From Eubacteriales bacterium (lineage in GTDB: Bacteria > Bacillota > Clostridia > Oscillospirales > CAG-272), in NCBI GenBank assembly GCA_045580065.1, contig JAZNNA010000003.1, positions 1 to 56,704 on the forward strand: 56,704 nt of DNA, written 5' to 3'. A program made the translations under genes and the position numbers. Below the pieces are notes generated by a model. The model was not told the DNA's origin. It saw only the letters and a list, made by a program, of their open reading frames with translations, and made no database searches. Positions 28,460 to 38,247 of this stretch are shown one piece after another. Position 1 is the first letter of the stretch. Each line of letters opens with the position of its first letter.

Positions 28460-28999
28460 TTATTGAGCGAAGGGAGCGCCCATCAGACGGAGCAGCTCTC
28501 TTGCCTCTGCATCGGTTTGTGCGGTGGTGACAAAGCAGATGTCCATACCGCGGATCTTTTCAACCTTATCGTACTCGATTTCGGGGAAGATCAGCTGCTC
28601 CTTGAGACCCAGGGAGTAGTTGCCGCGACCGTCGAATGCGTTGGGATTGATACCCTTGAAGTCACGCACACGAGGAAGTGCGAAGTTGAACAGACGATCC
28701 ATAAACTCGTACATACGGTTGCCGCGAAGAGTGACCTTTGCACCGATCTTCATGCCCTGACGGAGCTTGAAGTTTGCAACGGACTTCTTAGCAACGGTAG
28801 CTACGGCCTTCTGACCGGAGATAATGGTCAGATCGTTGATGATGTTTTCAATCACCTTTGCGTTGTCCTTTGCGTCGCCTGCACCGATGTTGATAACGAT
28901 CTTATCAAACTTCGGGATCTGCATAACGCTGGAGTAGTTAAACTGCTTCATGAGAGCGGGGGCAACCTGCTCACGGTACATATCCTTCATTCTTGCCAT
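28460..28999 (-). CDS. rplE: 50S ribosomal protein L5
   Basis: [30 protein letters not shown]... Confidence 0.96.
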   Translation of the reverse strand: MARMKDMYREQVAPALMKQFNYSSVMQIPKFDKIVINIGAGDAKDNAKVIENIINDLTIISGQKAVATVAKKSVANFKLRQGMKIGAKVTLRGNRMYEFMDRLFNFALPRVRDFKGINPNAFDGRGNYSLGLKEQLIFPEIEYDKVEKIRGMDICFVTTAQTDAEARELLRLMGAPFAQ

Positions 29000-29015
29000 G
29001 TCAGTTTACCTCCTC

Positions 29016-29330
29016 TCAAAGCTTTGCGCCGCACTTGGCGCAAACGCGTACCTTCTTGTCGCCCTCAAGCTGGACCTTGGTGCGAACACCCTTGTCGCAG
29101 TTTGCGCAGTAAAGAGCTACGCGGGATGCATAGATGGCGCCCTCGGCATCCACGATGCCGCCGGTCTCGCCCTGTCTGCGGGGCTTAACGTGCTTTTTAA
29201 CCATGTTAACGCCCTTAACGAGGATCTTGCCCTCAGCGGGAGAAACGGCGATAACCTCGCCCTTTACACCCTTGTCATCACCGGAAAGCACGATAACGGT
29301 ATCGCCGGTCTTTACATGAACCTTATTCAT
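29016..29330 (-). CDS. rplX: 50S ribosomal protein L24 (with CxxC...CxxC C-terminus)
   Basis: Start taken at ATG 29330, 10 nt after GGAGGT. MNKVHVKTGDTVIVLSGDDKGVKGEV... C-terminus is CANCDKGVRTKVQLEGDKKVRVCAKCGAKL. Confidence 0.93.
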   Translation of the reverse strand: MNKVHVKTGDTVIVLSGDDKGVKGEVIAVSPAEGKILVKGVNMVKKHVKPRRQGETGGIVDAEGAIYASRVALYCANCDKGVRTKVQLEGDKKVRVCAKCGAKL

Positions 29331-29347
29331 TTTACCAGTTACCTCCA

Positions 29348-29716
29348 TTAAAGTACTTCGGGAGCAAGAGAAAGGATCTTAAGGTAGTCCTTCTCACGCA
29401 GTTCGCGCGCCACCGGCCCAAAGATACGGGTGCCACGGGGCGTCTTGTCTTCTCTGATAATAACAGCGGCATTCTCATCAAACTTGATATAAGAGCCGTC
29501 TGCACGCTTCAGGCCGTGAACGCTTCTTACGATAACAGCCTTTACGACCTCGCCTTTTTTCACCATGCCACCGGGAGCAGCCTTCTTAACGGCTGCAACC
29601 ACTACGTCACCAATGTTGGCGTAGCGGCGGCCGGAGCCACCCAGTACGCGGATGCACATCAGTTCCTTGGCACCGGTGTTATCGGCAACTTTCATTAAAC
29701 TTTGTTGCTGAATCAC
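29348..29716 (-). CDS. rplN: 50S ribosomal protein L14
   Basis: [27 protein letters not shown]... Confidence 0.96.
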   Translation of the reverse strand: MIQQQSLMKVADNTGAKELMCIRVLGGSGRRYANIGDVVVAAVKKAAPGGMVKKGEVVKAVIVRSVHGLKRADGSYIKFDENAAVIIREDKTPRGTRIFGPVARELREKDYLKILSLAPEVL

Positions 29717-29783
29717 TTTTATTTCCTCCTACTTGCTTCGGCACGCTTCGACGTACCTACTATTAGAATTCATGTGGTGCGAA

Positions 29784-30044
29784 TTACTTCGCCTTTTCGA
29801 TGATCTCGGTCACGCGCCATCTCTTCGTCTTGGAGAGGGGGCGGGTTTCCATAACCTCAACACGGTCGCCAACGCCGCACTCGTTGTTCTCGTCGTGGGC
29901 GTGAACCTTCAGGGTGTGCTTGATGATCTTACCGTAAACGGGGTGCTTGACGTTATCCTCGATGGCAACGACAACAGTCTTGTTCATCTTGGAGCTAACG
30001 ACCAGGCCAACTCTCGTTTTTCTAAGGGTTCTTTCTTCGGTCAT
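29784..30044 (-). CDS. rpsQ: 30S ribosomal protein S17
   Basis: ...[32 protein letters not shown]... Confidence 0.96.
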   Translation of the reverse strand: MTEERTLRKTRVGLVVSSKMNKTVVVAIEDNVKHPVYGKIIKHTLKVHAHDENNECGVGDRVEVMETRPLSKTKRWRVTEIIEKAK

Positions 30045-30056
30045 GACTGTTCCTCC

Positions 30057-30245
30057 TTATGCGTTCTTCTGCTGAAGAACGGTCATTACACGCGCGATAT
30101 CCTTCTTGACCTCCACCATCTTGTGGGGGTTCTCAAGCTGATTGATTGCGTGCTGGAAGCGGAGGTTGAAAAGCTCGGTCTTGAGTTCCTTGAGCTTAGC
30201 GTTAAGCTCTTCGACACTCAGTTTATTCAGTTCTGCTGCCTTCAT
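30057..30245 (-). CDS. rpmC: 50S ribosomal protein L29
   Basis: MKAAELNKLSVEELNAKLKELKTELFNLRFQ... Confidence 0.95.
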   Translation of the reverse strand: MKAAELNKLSVEELNAKLKELKTELFNLRFQHAINQLENPHKMVEVKKDIARVMTVLQQKNA

Positions 30246-30248
30246 TGC

Positions 30249-30668
30249 TTAACCCTCCTGTTCTTCTTTCTTCATGAACTTGGTCTTGATAGGCAGCTTG
30301 TGGCCTGCAAGACGCATAGCTTCGCGAGCGATCTCCTCGGGAACGCCAGCCATCTCGAACATGACGCGGCCGGGCTTAACCACTGCCACCCAGTATTCGG
30401 GAGAGCCTTTACCGGAACCCATTCGAGTTTCGGCGGGCTTTTCGGTGATGGGCTTATCGGGGAAGATCTTGATCCAAACTTCACCGCCACGCTTGATATA
30501 ACGAGTCATGGCGATACGGGCTGCCTCAATCTGGTTGCTGGTGATCCAAGCGGGCTCAAGAGCTACCAGGCCGTAGGTGCCGTTAGAAATGGTATTGCCA
30601 CGCATGGCCTTACCGGTAAGACGGCCGCGCTGTACGCGACGGTACTTAACTCTCTTAGGCATCAACAT
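30249..30668 (-). CDS. rplP: 50S ribosomal protein L16
   Basis: [21 protein letters not shown]... Confidence 0.96.
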   Translation of the reverse strand: MLMPKRVKYRRVQRGRLTGKAMRGNTISNGTYGLVALEPAWITSNQIEAARIAMTRYIKRGGEVWIKIFPDKPITEKPAETRMGSGKGSPEYWVAVVKPGRVMFEMAGVPEEIAREAMRLAGHKLPIKTKFMKKEEQEG

Positions 30669-30670
30669 GA

Positions 30671-31450
30671 TTATTTCGTGCCTCCTTGTCCTTGCGCTTT
30701 GCGCTCGCCGCGGAAGTCGCGACGCTCGCCATTGCCGCGACGGTTGTCACGACGGTCGCCGCGGTTGTCACGACGGTCGCCACGGCGATCGTTGCGAGGA
30801 GCGGCTGCGGTACGGTTTACTTCGTTGAGCACCTCGCCGCGGTAGATCCATACCTTGATACCGATCTTACCGTAGGTGGTGTTTGCTTCCCAGAAACCGT
30901 ACTCGATGTCTGCGCGAAGCGTTTGAAGCGGGATGGTACCCTCATGATAGTGCTCGGTCTTAGCGATCTCAGCACCGCCAAGGCGGCCGGCACAGCTGAT
31001 CTTGATACCCTTGGCACCAAGACGCATGGTGTTACGGATAGCCATCTTCATTGCACGGCGGAATGCCACACGGTTCTCAAGCTGAGAAGCAATGTTCTCG
31101 GCAACCAGCTGTGCATTGAGGTCGGGAGAGCGCACCTCAACCACGTTGAGGGCAACAGGCATACCAACCATCTTTTCAAGAGCAACCTTGTACTTGTCGA
31201 TCTCAGCACCGCCCTTACCGATCACCATACCGGGCTTAGCGCAGTGTACGAACACGCGTACACGGTGGCTGTCGCGCTCGATCTCGATCTTGGGAACGCC
31301 TGCCTTCTGCAGCTCGCTCTTGAGGTATTTACGAATCTGATAGTCGGAAACGAGGGTGTCGCCAAACTTCTGATCGTTTACGAACCATCTCGAGTCCCAG
31401 TTTTTAATGACGCCCACGCGAAGACCGTGGGGATTTACCTTCTGACCCAT
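30671..31450 (-). CDS. rpsC: 30S ribosomal protein S3 (with Arg/Asp/Asn/Gly-rich C-terminal extension)
   Basis: [23 protein letters not shown]... 259 aa, ending [41 protein letters not shown]. Confidence 0.96.
   Translation of the reverse strand: MGQKVNPHGLRVGVIKNWDSRWFVNDQKFGDTLVSDYQIRKYLKSELQKAGVPKIEIERDSHRVRVFVHCAKPGMVIGKGGAEIDKYKVALEKMVGMPVALNVVEVRSPDLNAQLVAENIASQLENRVAFRRAMKMAIRNTMRLGAKGIKISCAGRLGGAEIAKTEHYHEGTIPLQTLRADIEYGFWEANTTYGKIGIKVWIYRGEVLNEVNRTAAAPRNDRRGDRRDNRGDRRDNRRGNGERRDFRGERKAQGQGGTK
30742..30783. repeat. 21-bp tandem duplication inside the rpsC 3' extension
   Basis: GGTTGTCACGACGGTCGCCGC followed by GGTTGTCACGACGGTCGCCAC. These encode the repeated GDRRDNR peptide. Confidence 0.8.
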
Positions 31451-31466
31451 TCTGCGTTTCCTCCTC

Positions 31467-31802
31467 TCATTCTCTTTCTTTTACAACCATGGTCACATGG
31501 CTGGTTCTCTTCAGGATGCGGTCTGCGCTTCCCTTTGCGCGGGGCATGATACGCTTAAGCGTGGGGCCTGCGCAAACGAAGCACTCGCTGACGTACAGCT
31601 TGCTGGCATCCATGTGGAAATTGTGTTCTGCATTCGCAATTGCACTGCCAAGGAGCTTAATGAGAAGCTCAGATGCTGCCTTGGGGGTGGTCTTGAGAAT
31701 ACCCATTGCTACGCCGGCATCCTTGCCACGGATGAGATCCAGAACGATCTGAACCTTACGGGGAGAGATGCGCGCATACTTAAGATATGCTTTTGCTTCC
31801 AT
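31467..31802 (-). CDS. rplV: 50S ribosomal protein L22
   Basis: [27 protein letters not shown]... Confidence 0.96.
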   Translation of the reverse strand: MEAKAYLKYARISPRKVQIVLDLIRGKDAGVAMGILKTTPKAASELLIKLLGSAIANAEHNFHMDASKLYVSECFVCAGPTLKRIMPRAKGSADRILKRTSHVTMVVKERE

Positions 31803-31817
31803 TGTTTAAATCCTCCC

Positions 31818-32099
31818 TTATTTACCGTTGTTGGATGTCTTGGAACCGGCATGGCCCTTGAAGGTACGGGTGGGAGCAAACTCGCCGAGCTTGTGACCAA
31901 CCATATCCTCGGTAACGTATACCGGAACGTGCTTCTTGCCGTCGTGAACGGCGATGGTGTGACCCACGAAATCCGGGAAGATCGTGGATGCACGGGACCA
32001 GGTCTTAAGGACCTTCTTTTCATTCTTCTCGTTCATTGCGCAGATACGCGTGTAGAGTTTCTCTTCGACGTAAGGCGCTTTTTTCAAACTTCTGCTCAT
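31818..32099 (-). CDS. rpsS: 30S ribosomal protein S19
   Basis: [15 protein letters not shown]...[35 protein letters not shown]... Confidence 0.96.
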   Translation of the reverse strand: MSRSLKKAPYVEEKLYTRICAMNEKNEKKVLKTWSRASTIFPDFVGHTIAVHDGKKHVPVYVTEDMVGHKLGEFAPTRTFKGHAGSKTSNNGK

Positions 32100-32114
32100 T
32101 ACTCGATACCCTCC

Positions 32115-32945
32115 TTACTTCGCATTTCTACGCTTGACGATGAACTTGTCGGTTCTCGCCTTCTTGTTACGAGTCTTATAACCCAGAGCAGGCTTGCCCC
32201 AAGGAGTTACGGGAGAAGGACGGCCCACAGGGGACTTGCCTTCACCACCGCCGTGGGGGTGGTCGCAGGGGTTCATTACAGAACCGCGCACGGTGGGACG
32301 GATGCCCTTGTGGCGGGTCTTACCGGCCTTACCGACCTTAACGGTGTCGTGCTCGATGTTGCCGACCTGGCCGATGGTAGCCTTGCAATCCAGACGGATC
32401 AGGCGAACCTCACCGGAGGGAAGACGGACCTGAGCTACGCCGTTTTCCTTTGCGATCAGCTGTGCAAAGGTGCCGGCACTGCGAACGAGCTGTGCGCCCT
32501 TACCGGGGTAAAGCTCGATGTTGTGGATGAAGGTACCCACGGGAATGTTGCCAATAGGCAGGGTGTTGCCGGGCTTGATGTCGGCATCGGCACCGGAGTA
32601 AACGGTGTCGCCTGCGGTAAGGCCAACGGGAGCGATGATATAGCTCTTTTCGCCCTCGGTGTTCTGAAGCAGTGCGATATATGCGCTGCGGTTGGGATCG
32701 TACTCAACACCAACAACGGTTGCGGGAGCTACGCTCTGACGCTTGAAGTCGATGATTCTGTACTTTACCTTGTTGCCGCCGCCGCGATGACGGACGGTGA
32801 TGCGACCGTAGCTGTTACGGCCTGCATTCTTCTTCTTGGTAACGATCAGGCTCTTCTCAGGAGAGAACTTGGTGATCTCCTCGAAGGAAGGAACGCTCAT
32901 CTGGCGTCTTGCCGGGGTAGTCGGCTTATACTTAATTGTAGGCAT
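32115..32945 (-). CDS. rplB: 50S ribosomal protein L2
   Basis: ...[28 protein letters not shown]... and C-terminal [15 protein letters not shown]. Confidence 0.97.
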   Translation of the reverse strand: MPTIKYKPTTPARRQMSVPSFEEITKFSPEKSLIVTKKKNAGRNSYGRITVRHRGGGNKVKYRIIDFKRQSVAPATVVGVEYDPNRSAYIALLQNTEGEKSYIIAPVGLTAGDTVYSGADADIKPGNTLPIGNIPVGTFIHNIELYPGKGAQLVRSAGTFAQLIAKENGVAQVRLPSGEVRLIRLDCKATIGQVGNIEHDTVKVGKAGKTRHKGIRPTVRGSVMNPCDHPHGGGEGKSPVGRPSPVTPWGKPALGYKTRNKKARTDKFIVKRRNAK

Positions 32946-32963
32946 TTTCTAAACCTCCTACTC

Positions 32964-33257
32964 TTACTGCATACCATCGAAGAACTCGATGGTCTTGGAA
33001 TCAGCCGCAAGGGTTACGATGGCCTTCTTCCACTCGGAAGTGTAGCCGGCGTGAACACCCATTCTCTTGGGCTTCTTCTTCATGTTGATGGTGTTAACGG
33101 ATGCAACCTTTACCTTGAACATAGCCTCAACTGCGTTTGCAACGTCAGCCTTGGTTGCATTGCTCTGTACCTTGAAGACGTACTTCTTGGAGCCAAGCAT
33201 ATCCATGCTTGCTTCCGTGATAACGGGCTTGATGATGATATCTTCGATCATTCTCAT
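32964..33257 (-). CDS. rplW: 50S ribosomal protein L23
   Basis: ...[32 protein letters not shown]... Confidence 0.95.
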   Translation of the reverse strand: MRMIEDIIIKPVITEASMDMLGSKKYVFKVQSNATKADVANAVEAMFKVKVASVNTINMKKKPKRMGVHAGYTSEWKKAIVTLAADSKTIEFFDGMQ

Positions 33258-33880
33258 TATGCGTACACCTCCTCAAGCATTGCGACGGCGTCCTTGGCGA
33301 TGACAAGCTTGTCAGCGTTGAGCACGTCGTAAACATTCACGGTGTTGTACTGAGTGGTAACAACGCCGGGGATGTTGGAAAAGCTCTTGATCACAACCTT
33401 GTCAACGGTGGGAAGAACGACCAAGGACTTCTTGGTAGCACCCAGGGCGTTGAGCATGGTTGCCATGGTCTTGGTAGAATAAGACTCAGCAGCGATGCTG
33501 TCAACCACGATAAAGTCGCCGCCGGCAACCTTAGCGGAAAGGGCGCTGTAAAGAGCAACCTTTCTGGTCTTCTTATTCATACCGGTGCGGTAGTCACGGG
33601 GCTTCGGGCCCAGTGCGATACCACCGTGAGTCCACTGAGGAGAACGGGTGGAACCCTGACGGGCACGGCCGGTTCCCTTCTGTCTCCAGGGCTTTTTGCC
33701 GCCGCCGGAAACTTCGCTGCGGGTGAGAGTGGACTGCGTGCCCTGACGCTGATTCATCAGATAAGCACGTACTGCTGCGTGGAGGACAGCGCCGTTGACC
33801 TCTGCGCCGAAGATCACATCGGACAGGGCGATCTCGCCGACTGCTTTGCCGGCCATGTTATAAACTTTTACGCTAGGCAT
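33257..33880 (-). CDS. rplD: 50S ribosomal protein L4
   Basis: ...[37 protein letters not shown]... Confidence 0.96.
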   Translation of the reverse strand: MPSVKVYNMAGKAVGEIALSDVIFGAEVNGAVLHAAVRAYLMNQRQGTQSTLTRSEVSGGGKKPWRQKGTGRARQGSTRSPQWTHGGIALGPKPRDYRTGMNKKTRKVALYSALSAKVAGGDFIVVDSIAAESYSTKTMATMLNALGATKKSLVVLPTVDKVVIKSFSNIPGVVTTQYNTVNVYDVLNADKLVIAKDAVAMLEEVYA

Positions 33881-33898
33881 TGTAGTTCCTCCTTCCGC

Positions 33899-34528
33899 TT
33901 ACGCTTTGACCGAGTCGCGAATGAACACGATACCGTTCTTGGCACCGGGAATGGCACCCTTTACAGCGATCAGGTTCTTTTCAGCGTCGATCTTAACAAC
34001 TTTGAGGTTGAGAATGGTAACCTGCTCGTTACCGTACTGGCCAGCCATCTTCTTGTTCTTGAAGATGCGGGCAGGGTCGATAACACCCATGGAGCCGGAC
34101 TGGCGGTGGATAGGACCAACACCGTGAGTTGCACAGAGCTTGTGCAGGTTCCATCTCTTGATGGCGCCGGTGTAGCCGCGGCCCTTGGTGGTGCCGGTCA
34201 CGTCGATCTTGTCGCCGATGGCGAAAGCATCAACGCCAACCACGTCGCCCACGTTAAGAGCGGTGCAGTCCTCAAGGCGGAATTCCTTAAGGTGCTTCTT
34301 TGCAGCAACGCCTGCCTTTGCAAAGTGACCCTTTGCAGGCTTACTGAGCTGCTTTTCCTTGGCATCAACGAAGCCAAGCTGAACGGCCTCATAGCCGTCG
34401 GTTTCGGCGGTCTTCTTCTGCGTTACTACGCAGGGACCGGCCTCGATTACCGTAACCGGGATCACATTTCCGATCTCGTCGAAAATCTGAGTCATACCGA
34501 TTTTCTTACCGATAATACCCTTTTTCAT
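33899..34528 (-). CDS. rplC: 50S ribosomal protein L3
   Basis: [33 protein letters not shown]... Confidence 0.96.
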   Translation of the reverse strand: MKKGIIGKKIGMTQIFDEIGNVIPVTVIEAGPCVVTQKKTAETDGYEAVQLGFVDAKEKQLSKPAKGHFAKAGVAAKKHLKEFRLEDCTALNVGDVVGVDAFAIGDKIDVTGTTKGRGYTGAIKRWNLHKLCATHGVGPIHRQSGSMGVIDPARIFKNKKMAGQYGNEQVTILNLKVVKIDAEKNLIAVKGAIPGAKNGIVFIRDSVKA

Positions 34529-34645
34529 TTTGTTTTCCTCCTGTAAATTATTGGTTGACGCCTAAAGGATGACGCCAACATGATTTACAAAGTTGCCGAG
34601 CTGCCTTGCGGCATCGACTGTTATCTTTGTTTTGCCGTTGCAAGA

Positions 34646-34957
34646 TCAAAGCTTGATCTCGATCTCAACACCGGCGGGGAGCTCTACGTTCATCAGCGCA
34701 TCCACAGTTTTCTGGGTGGGCTTGATGATGTCGATAAGACGCTTGTGCGTTCTCATCTCGAACTGTTCGCGGCTATCCTTGTACTTGTGCACTGCACGAA
34801 GGATGGTGATGATCTCCTTCTTCGTGGGGAGCGGTACGGGACCGGAAACAGCTGCGCCATTTCTCTTGGCAACTTCCACGATCTTCTCGGCTGCGGTGTC
34901 GATCAGAGTGTGGTCGTAGCTGGTGAGTCTAACGCGGATCTTCTCCTTGACTGCCAT
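34646..34957 (-). CDS. rpsJ: 30S ribosomal protein S10
   Basis: Internal ATG at 34957 with AAAAAGGAGG upstream. [28 protein letters not shown]... Confidence 0.95.
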   Translation of the reverse strand: MAVKEKIRVRLTSYDHTLIDTAAEKIVEVAKRNGAAVSGPVPLPTKKEIITILRAVHKYKDSREQFEMRTHKRLIDIIKPTQKTVDALMNVELPAGVEIEIKL

Positions 34958-35270
34958 TTGTTTTGCCTCCTTTTTGATTTTTGCGTCCATGGATGGGCGG
35001 TCTTTATAATTAATGAAGGCCGTCATCGATGTCCGCAGCTTTTAAGGGGCCGAGGATGCTCTGACACCCTGCCGAGCGTTTCTTTTCCCTCCCGACAAAA
35101 ACCGGATTTGCCCACACATCAGCATCTGTACGGGTAGTTTCCGGGATCGGGGGTACTTGCCAAACGTCCGGCGCGGTGCTTTTACACACTCGTTCGCCCG
35201 GTGAACGGACATACTCTGCGAAAATTAACCTACTTTACGTAGCAACCTCTCGCTTCATCGCATATCAGAC
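34958..35270 (-). promoter_or_regulatory. long (about 310 nt) untranslated leader of the S10 operon
   Basis: This is the distance between the predicted promoter (35277-35305) and the rpsJ ATG. It is GC-rich with several stem-forming segments and has no credible ORF. Confidence 0.5.
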
Positions 35271-35276
35271 CTGTAT

Positions 35277-35305
35277 ATTTTATCATATTTTGCCTTGAAA
35301 TGCAA
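35277..35305 (-). promoter_or_regulatory. sigma-A type promoter of the S10-spc-alpha cluster
   Basis: Minus strand reads TTGCAT, 17 nt spacer, TAAAAT. An AT-rich UP-like region lies upstream. Confidence 0.6.
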
Positions 35306-35552
35306 TAGTTTTGCCGATTTTTTTCTTTACCCCATCTGTAGAAGTTAAAAGAATTTTATCCGCCCGAATTGTGCATTATGCATAAAAATAAACGGATTTA
35401 AAGCAAAATACGGCTTTTCTCCGCTTTACACCCACTGCTCTTCCCCAATTTTTTTGCATCTGACCCGATCCGGTCGCAAAGTCGCCCCAAAAGTGCAATA
35501 TTTGCCGCAAAAAACGAAAGTTTTTGTAGAACTCGCCCTTCGTCATAATTTA

Positions 35553-35581
35553 TTCACATTTATGCGGTATACTGATATAAA
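35553..35581 (+). promoter_or_regulatory. sigma-A type promoter (extended -10) of the membrane-protein/wHTH pair
   Basis: TTCACA, 17 nt spacer, TATAAA, with TGa immediately upstream of the -10. Confidence 0.55.
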
Positions 35582-35609
35582 TGTACTTTTTCGAAAGGAG
35601 TAGACCAAA

Positions 35610-36410
35610 GTGAAGCGGTTTTTCAGCGCGCGTTTTGCCCCCTATCTTCTGGCACTTCTGGCACTTTTTACGCTTGCTTGCACGGTGGTGCGCACCCTGG
35701 CGCTCGCCCTTGCCTTTGATGCCGATATCGGCTATTTCAAGGCCGGCGCCCCGCTTGTAATATTGCTGTACGTGCTGACCGGCCTGTCGCTTGCGGTCTG
35801 CCTGCTTTTCTTCCTTTATATTAAAAAGGAGGAGCTGCGGCAAAGCACGACCCCCACTCTGTTTGCCATGGTGGGCGACGGCATGTGCCTTTTGCTCTGC
35901 CTTTCTGCCGCCTGCTATCTGCTGCTGCGCGGCAATACGCTCCCCGCCCCGGCGCTCGTTTCGATCCTTGCGCTGATCTCCCTTCTTTTCGGCGCGGGCT
36001 ACTTTATCACACATTTTGTACGCATCTCCCCCGCCGTGCGCGTGCTGCTTGGCTATGCGCTGCTGCTCGCGCTGATCCTTGTGATCGTGCTCACCTATTT
36101 CGACCGCTACACGCAGATGAACGCACCGCACAAGATCTCGCAGCACCTGAGCATCCTGGCAGCGCTGCTTGCTCTGCTTTGCGAGCTGCGCGTGCAGCTT
36201 GGCCGTGCCAAGCACGCAAGATCCCTGCCCTTTTTGGGGCTTGCCGGCTTTGCCTGCCTTACCACCGGCGTTTCCAACGCGCTGGCCTTTGCGCTTGGCA
36301 GCTACGACGATCTCACCTATTTTGTATTTGACCTTCTGCTTTTGGCGCTTGGGCTGCACTTTGCAGCGGGTTGTGCCTCTTATCACGTTTGTGAGGAGGG
36401 AGAGCAATGA
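35610..36410 (+). CDS. polytopic membrane protein, unknown function
   Basis: GTG start 9 nt after AAAGGAG. 266 aa with about 7-8 hydrophobic segments. No recognisable family. Confidence 0.7.
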   Translation: MKRFFSARFAPYLLALLALFTLACTVVRTLALALAFDADIGYFKAGAPLVILLYVLTGLSLAVCLLFFLYIKKEELRQSTTPTLFAMVGDGMCLLLCLSAACYLLLRGNTLPAPALVSILALISLLFGAGYFITHFVRISPAVRVLLGYALLLALILVIVLTYFDRYTQMNAPHKISQHLSILAALLALLCELRVQLGRAKHARSLPFLGLAGFACLTTGVSNALAFALGSYDDLTYFVFDLLLLALGLHFAAGCASYHVCEEGEQ

Positions 36411-36958
36411 ATGCCAACAACCGCATCCAATGGCTGCACAAATATATCGTCAATATGCGCTATCCCAACGCCAACCGCCTTGCCGAGCGCTTTGGGATCT
36501 CTCACCGCCAGGCGCAGCGCGACGTGACCAGCCTGCGCGAGGATTACGGCGCGCCGCTTGCCTATAGCGCCGAGCATCGCGGCTTTTATTACACCGAGGA
36601 GTATTCCCTTCCCTCATACACCGCAAACGAGGGGGGACTGGACTACGTTGAGGCCGTGACCGGCGAGCGCTCGTTTGGCGCAAAGCAGGAGGTCCTGCAG
36701 ATGCAGATCCCCTACTCCGCCGTTTTGCGCATCCCCGACAAGCTCACGCGCCTGGAGCTTTCGCAATTCATCGTGGGCGAGGAATCGCGCGGCAATTACA
36801 TTTGCGAGTTCCACAGTGTGGAAATGTTTTTGGGGCTGGTGCTGGCTGCCGAGGCCGAGATCACGGTGCTGAAGCCCGCATGGCTGCGCCGCCGCCTGAT
36901 CCAATCTGCCGAGCGCGTGCTGCGCTGCAATATCGCCATCAAGGACGAGGAGGAATGA
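36407..36958 (+). CDS. short wHTH transcriptional regulator (YafY/BrxR-like HTH plus WCX-like C-terminus, no obvious WYL core)
   Basis: ATGA overlap with the upstream gene. N-terminus RIQWLHKYIVNMRYPNANRLAERFGISHRQAQRDVTSLREDYGAPL is an HTH_11/DeoR-type wHTH. C-terminus is ...VEMFLGLVLAAEAEITVLKPAWLRRRLIQSAERVL. Confidence 0.65.
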   Translation: MNANNRIQWLHKYIVNMRYPNANRLAERFGISHRQAQRDVTSLREDYGAPLAYSAEHRGFYYTEEYSLPSYTANEGGLDYVEAVTGERSFGAKQEVLQMQIPYSAVLRIPDKLTRLELSQFIVGEESRGNYICEFHSVEMFLGLVLAAEAEITVLKPAWLRRRLIQSAERVLRCNIAIKDEEE

Positions 36959-37018
36959 CCGATGCACCGCCGTGTGTCGGTCATTTCAAATTTCTTTCAA
37001 CTTTTTTCAAAAAAGGGG

Positions 37019-37047
37019 TTGACAAACCCTTTTGTTTGTGTTATAAT
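37019..37047 (+). promoter_or_regulatory. sigma-A type promoter of rplJ-rplL
   Basis: TTGACA, 17 nt spacer, TATAAT. Confidence 0.8.
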
Positions 37048-37054
37048 GCTTGCG

Positions 37055-37190
37055 TTATCCAAAGACAGCAGGTTCCCGTAAAGGTTACGTTCGCGTAGCT
37101 CTCCTGCCGAGGAGCGACTCAATTTCTCTATATAGAAGTGTGTCTTTCTTCGTGCCGGGGTGTGCCTTTGGCGGGAGAAAGATTTTTTTA
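37055..37190 (+). ncRNA. ribosomal protein L10 leader (autoregulatory attenuator)
   Basis: About 135-nt structured 5' UTR between the promoter and rplJ. It ends in the hairpin TCTTTCT...AGAAAGA followed by TTTTTTT (37143-37189), as in Firmicutes L10 leaders. Confidence 0.65.
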
Positions 37191-37221
37191 TATCAATTTT
37201 TCCATGGGAGGTGAAAACAAA

Positions 37222-37740
37222 ATGCCCAGCAAAGTTATCCTTGAACAAAAGCAGAAAGTGGTTGCCGAGCTTGCCGAGCAGATCAAAAACTCTGTTTCCG
37301 GTGTGCTTGTTAACTATCAGGGTATCACCGTTGAGGATGATACCGCAATGCGTAAGGCTCTGCGCGAAGCAGGTGTTCACTACGCCGTAGTAAAGAACAC
37401 TCTGACCGGCCGTGCCTGCGAAATGGTTGGCTATGGCGAAATGAAGCAGTACCTCAACGGTATGACCGCTATCGCCATCAGCGAAAACGACGCCGTTGCT
37501 CCTGCAAAGGTTCTGAAGAAGTTCGCCGATAAGGTCGAGTCCTTCAAGATCCTTGCCGGCTACCTTGACGGTGCCGTGATCGACGAGGCTACTGTAAACG
37601 CTCTCGCCGACATTCCTTCGAAGGAAACCCTTATTGCCAAGTTCCTTGGCAGCATCCAGTCCCCCGTTTACGGCTTTGCATATGCCATCCAGGCTATCAT
37701 CGACAAGAACGGCGAAGAGGCTGCTCCCGCTGCAGAATAA
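37222..37740 (+). CDS. rplJ: 50S ribosomal protein L10
   Basis: ATG at 37222 after GGGAGGTG. MPSKVILEQKQKVVAELAEQIKNSVSGVLVNYQGITVEDDTAMRKALREAG... Confidence 0.95.
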   Translation: MPSKVILEQKQKVVAELAEQIKNSVSGVLVNYQGITVEDDTAMRKALREAGVHYAVVKNTLTGRACEMVGYGEMKQYLNGMTAIAISENDAVAPAKVLKKFADKVESFKILAGYLDGAVIDEATVNALADIPSKETLIAKFLGSIQSPVYGFAYAIQAIIDKNGEEAAPAAE

Positions 37741-37843
37741 TGCGGCATAACGGTGCCGCACCGTTTAAAGCGGAAACCGCAGCGTGACGGCTTCACGCAA
37801 AACAAAATTTTAAAAATACTCTATTTACAGGAGGACAATCAAA

Positions 37844-38218
37844 ATGGCTAGCGAAAAGATTACCGCTATTGTTGAAAGTGTTAAGGGTCTTACCCTTCTT
37901 GAGCTCAACGAGCTTGTTAAGGCTGTTGAGGAGGAGTTCGGCGTATCCGCTGCTCCCGTTGCCGCTGTTGGCGTTGCAGCAGCTGCTGCTCCCGCTGCTG
38001 AGGAGAAGACCGAGTTCGACGTTATTCTTGCATCCTTCGGTGCTAAGAAGCTTGACGTTATCAAGGCTGTTCGTGAGATCACCGGCCTTGGCCTGAAGGA
38101 CGCTAAGGACCTCGTTGAGGCTGCTCCCAAGGCTGTTAAGGAAGGCGCTACTAAGGAAGAGGCTGAGAGCATCAAGAAGGCTCTCGAGGATGCCGGCGCT
38201 ACGGTTGAGCTTAAGTAA
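37844..38218 (+). CDS. rplL: 50S ribosomal protein L7/L12
   Basis: [34 protein letters not shown]...[19 protein letters not shown]... Confidence 0.96.
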   Translation: MASEKITAIVESVKGLTLLELNELVKAVEEEFGVSAAPVAAVGVAAAAAPAAEEKTEFDVILASFGAKKLDVIKAVREITGLGLKDAKDLVEAAPKAVKEGATKEEAESIKKALEDAGATVELK

Positions 38219-38247
38219 GTTTTTACCGTTCCGAAAACCTGACTGTA

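Noticed and set aside
31497-33332. 611-aa plus-strand ORF across rplV-rplW
   Set aside because: It is antisense to five unmistakable ribosomal protein genes. It has no RBS or promoter and a low-complexity composition.
35027-35270. Possible small RNA gene (SRP RNA, 6S, RNase P, tmRNA) or tRNA in the rpsJ upstream region
   Set aside because: I found none of the conserved signature strings on either strand (SRP GGAAGCAGCC-type motif, RNase P GAGGAAAGUCC, tRNA T-loop GGTTCGAATCC). The region is kept only as an unexplained leader.
35550-36407. 285-aa minus-strand ORF opposite the 266-aa membrane protein
   Set aside because: The plus-strand reading gives clean TM helices, a promoter, an RBS and ATGA coupling to the next gene. 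The minus-strand product is a Lys/Arg/Gln/Gly-rich low-complexity string and would run into the S10 promoter region.
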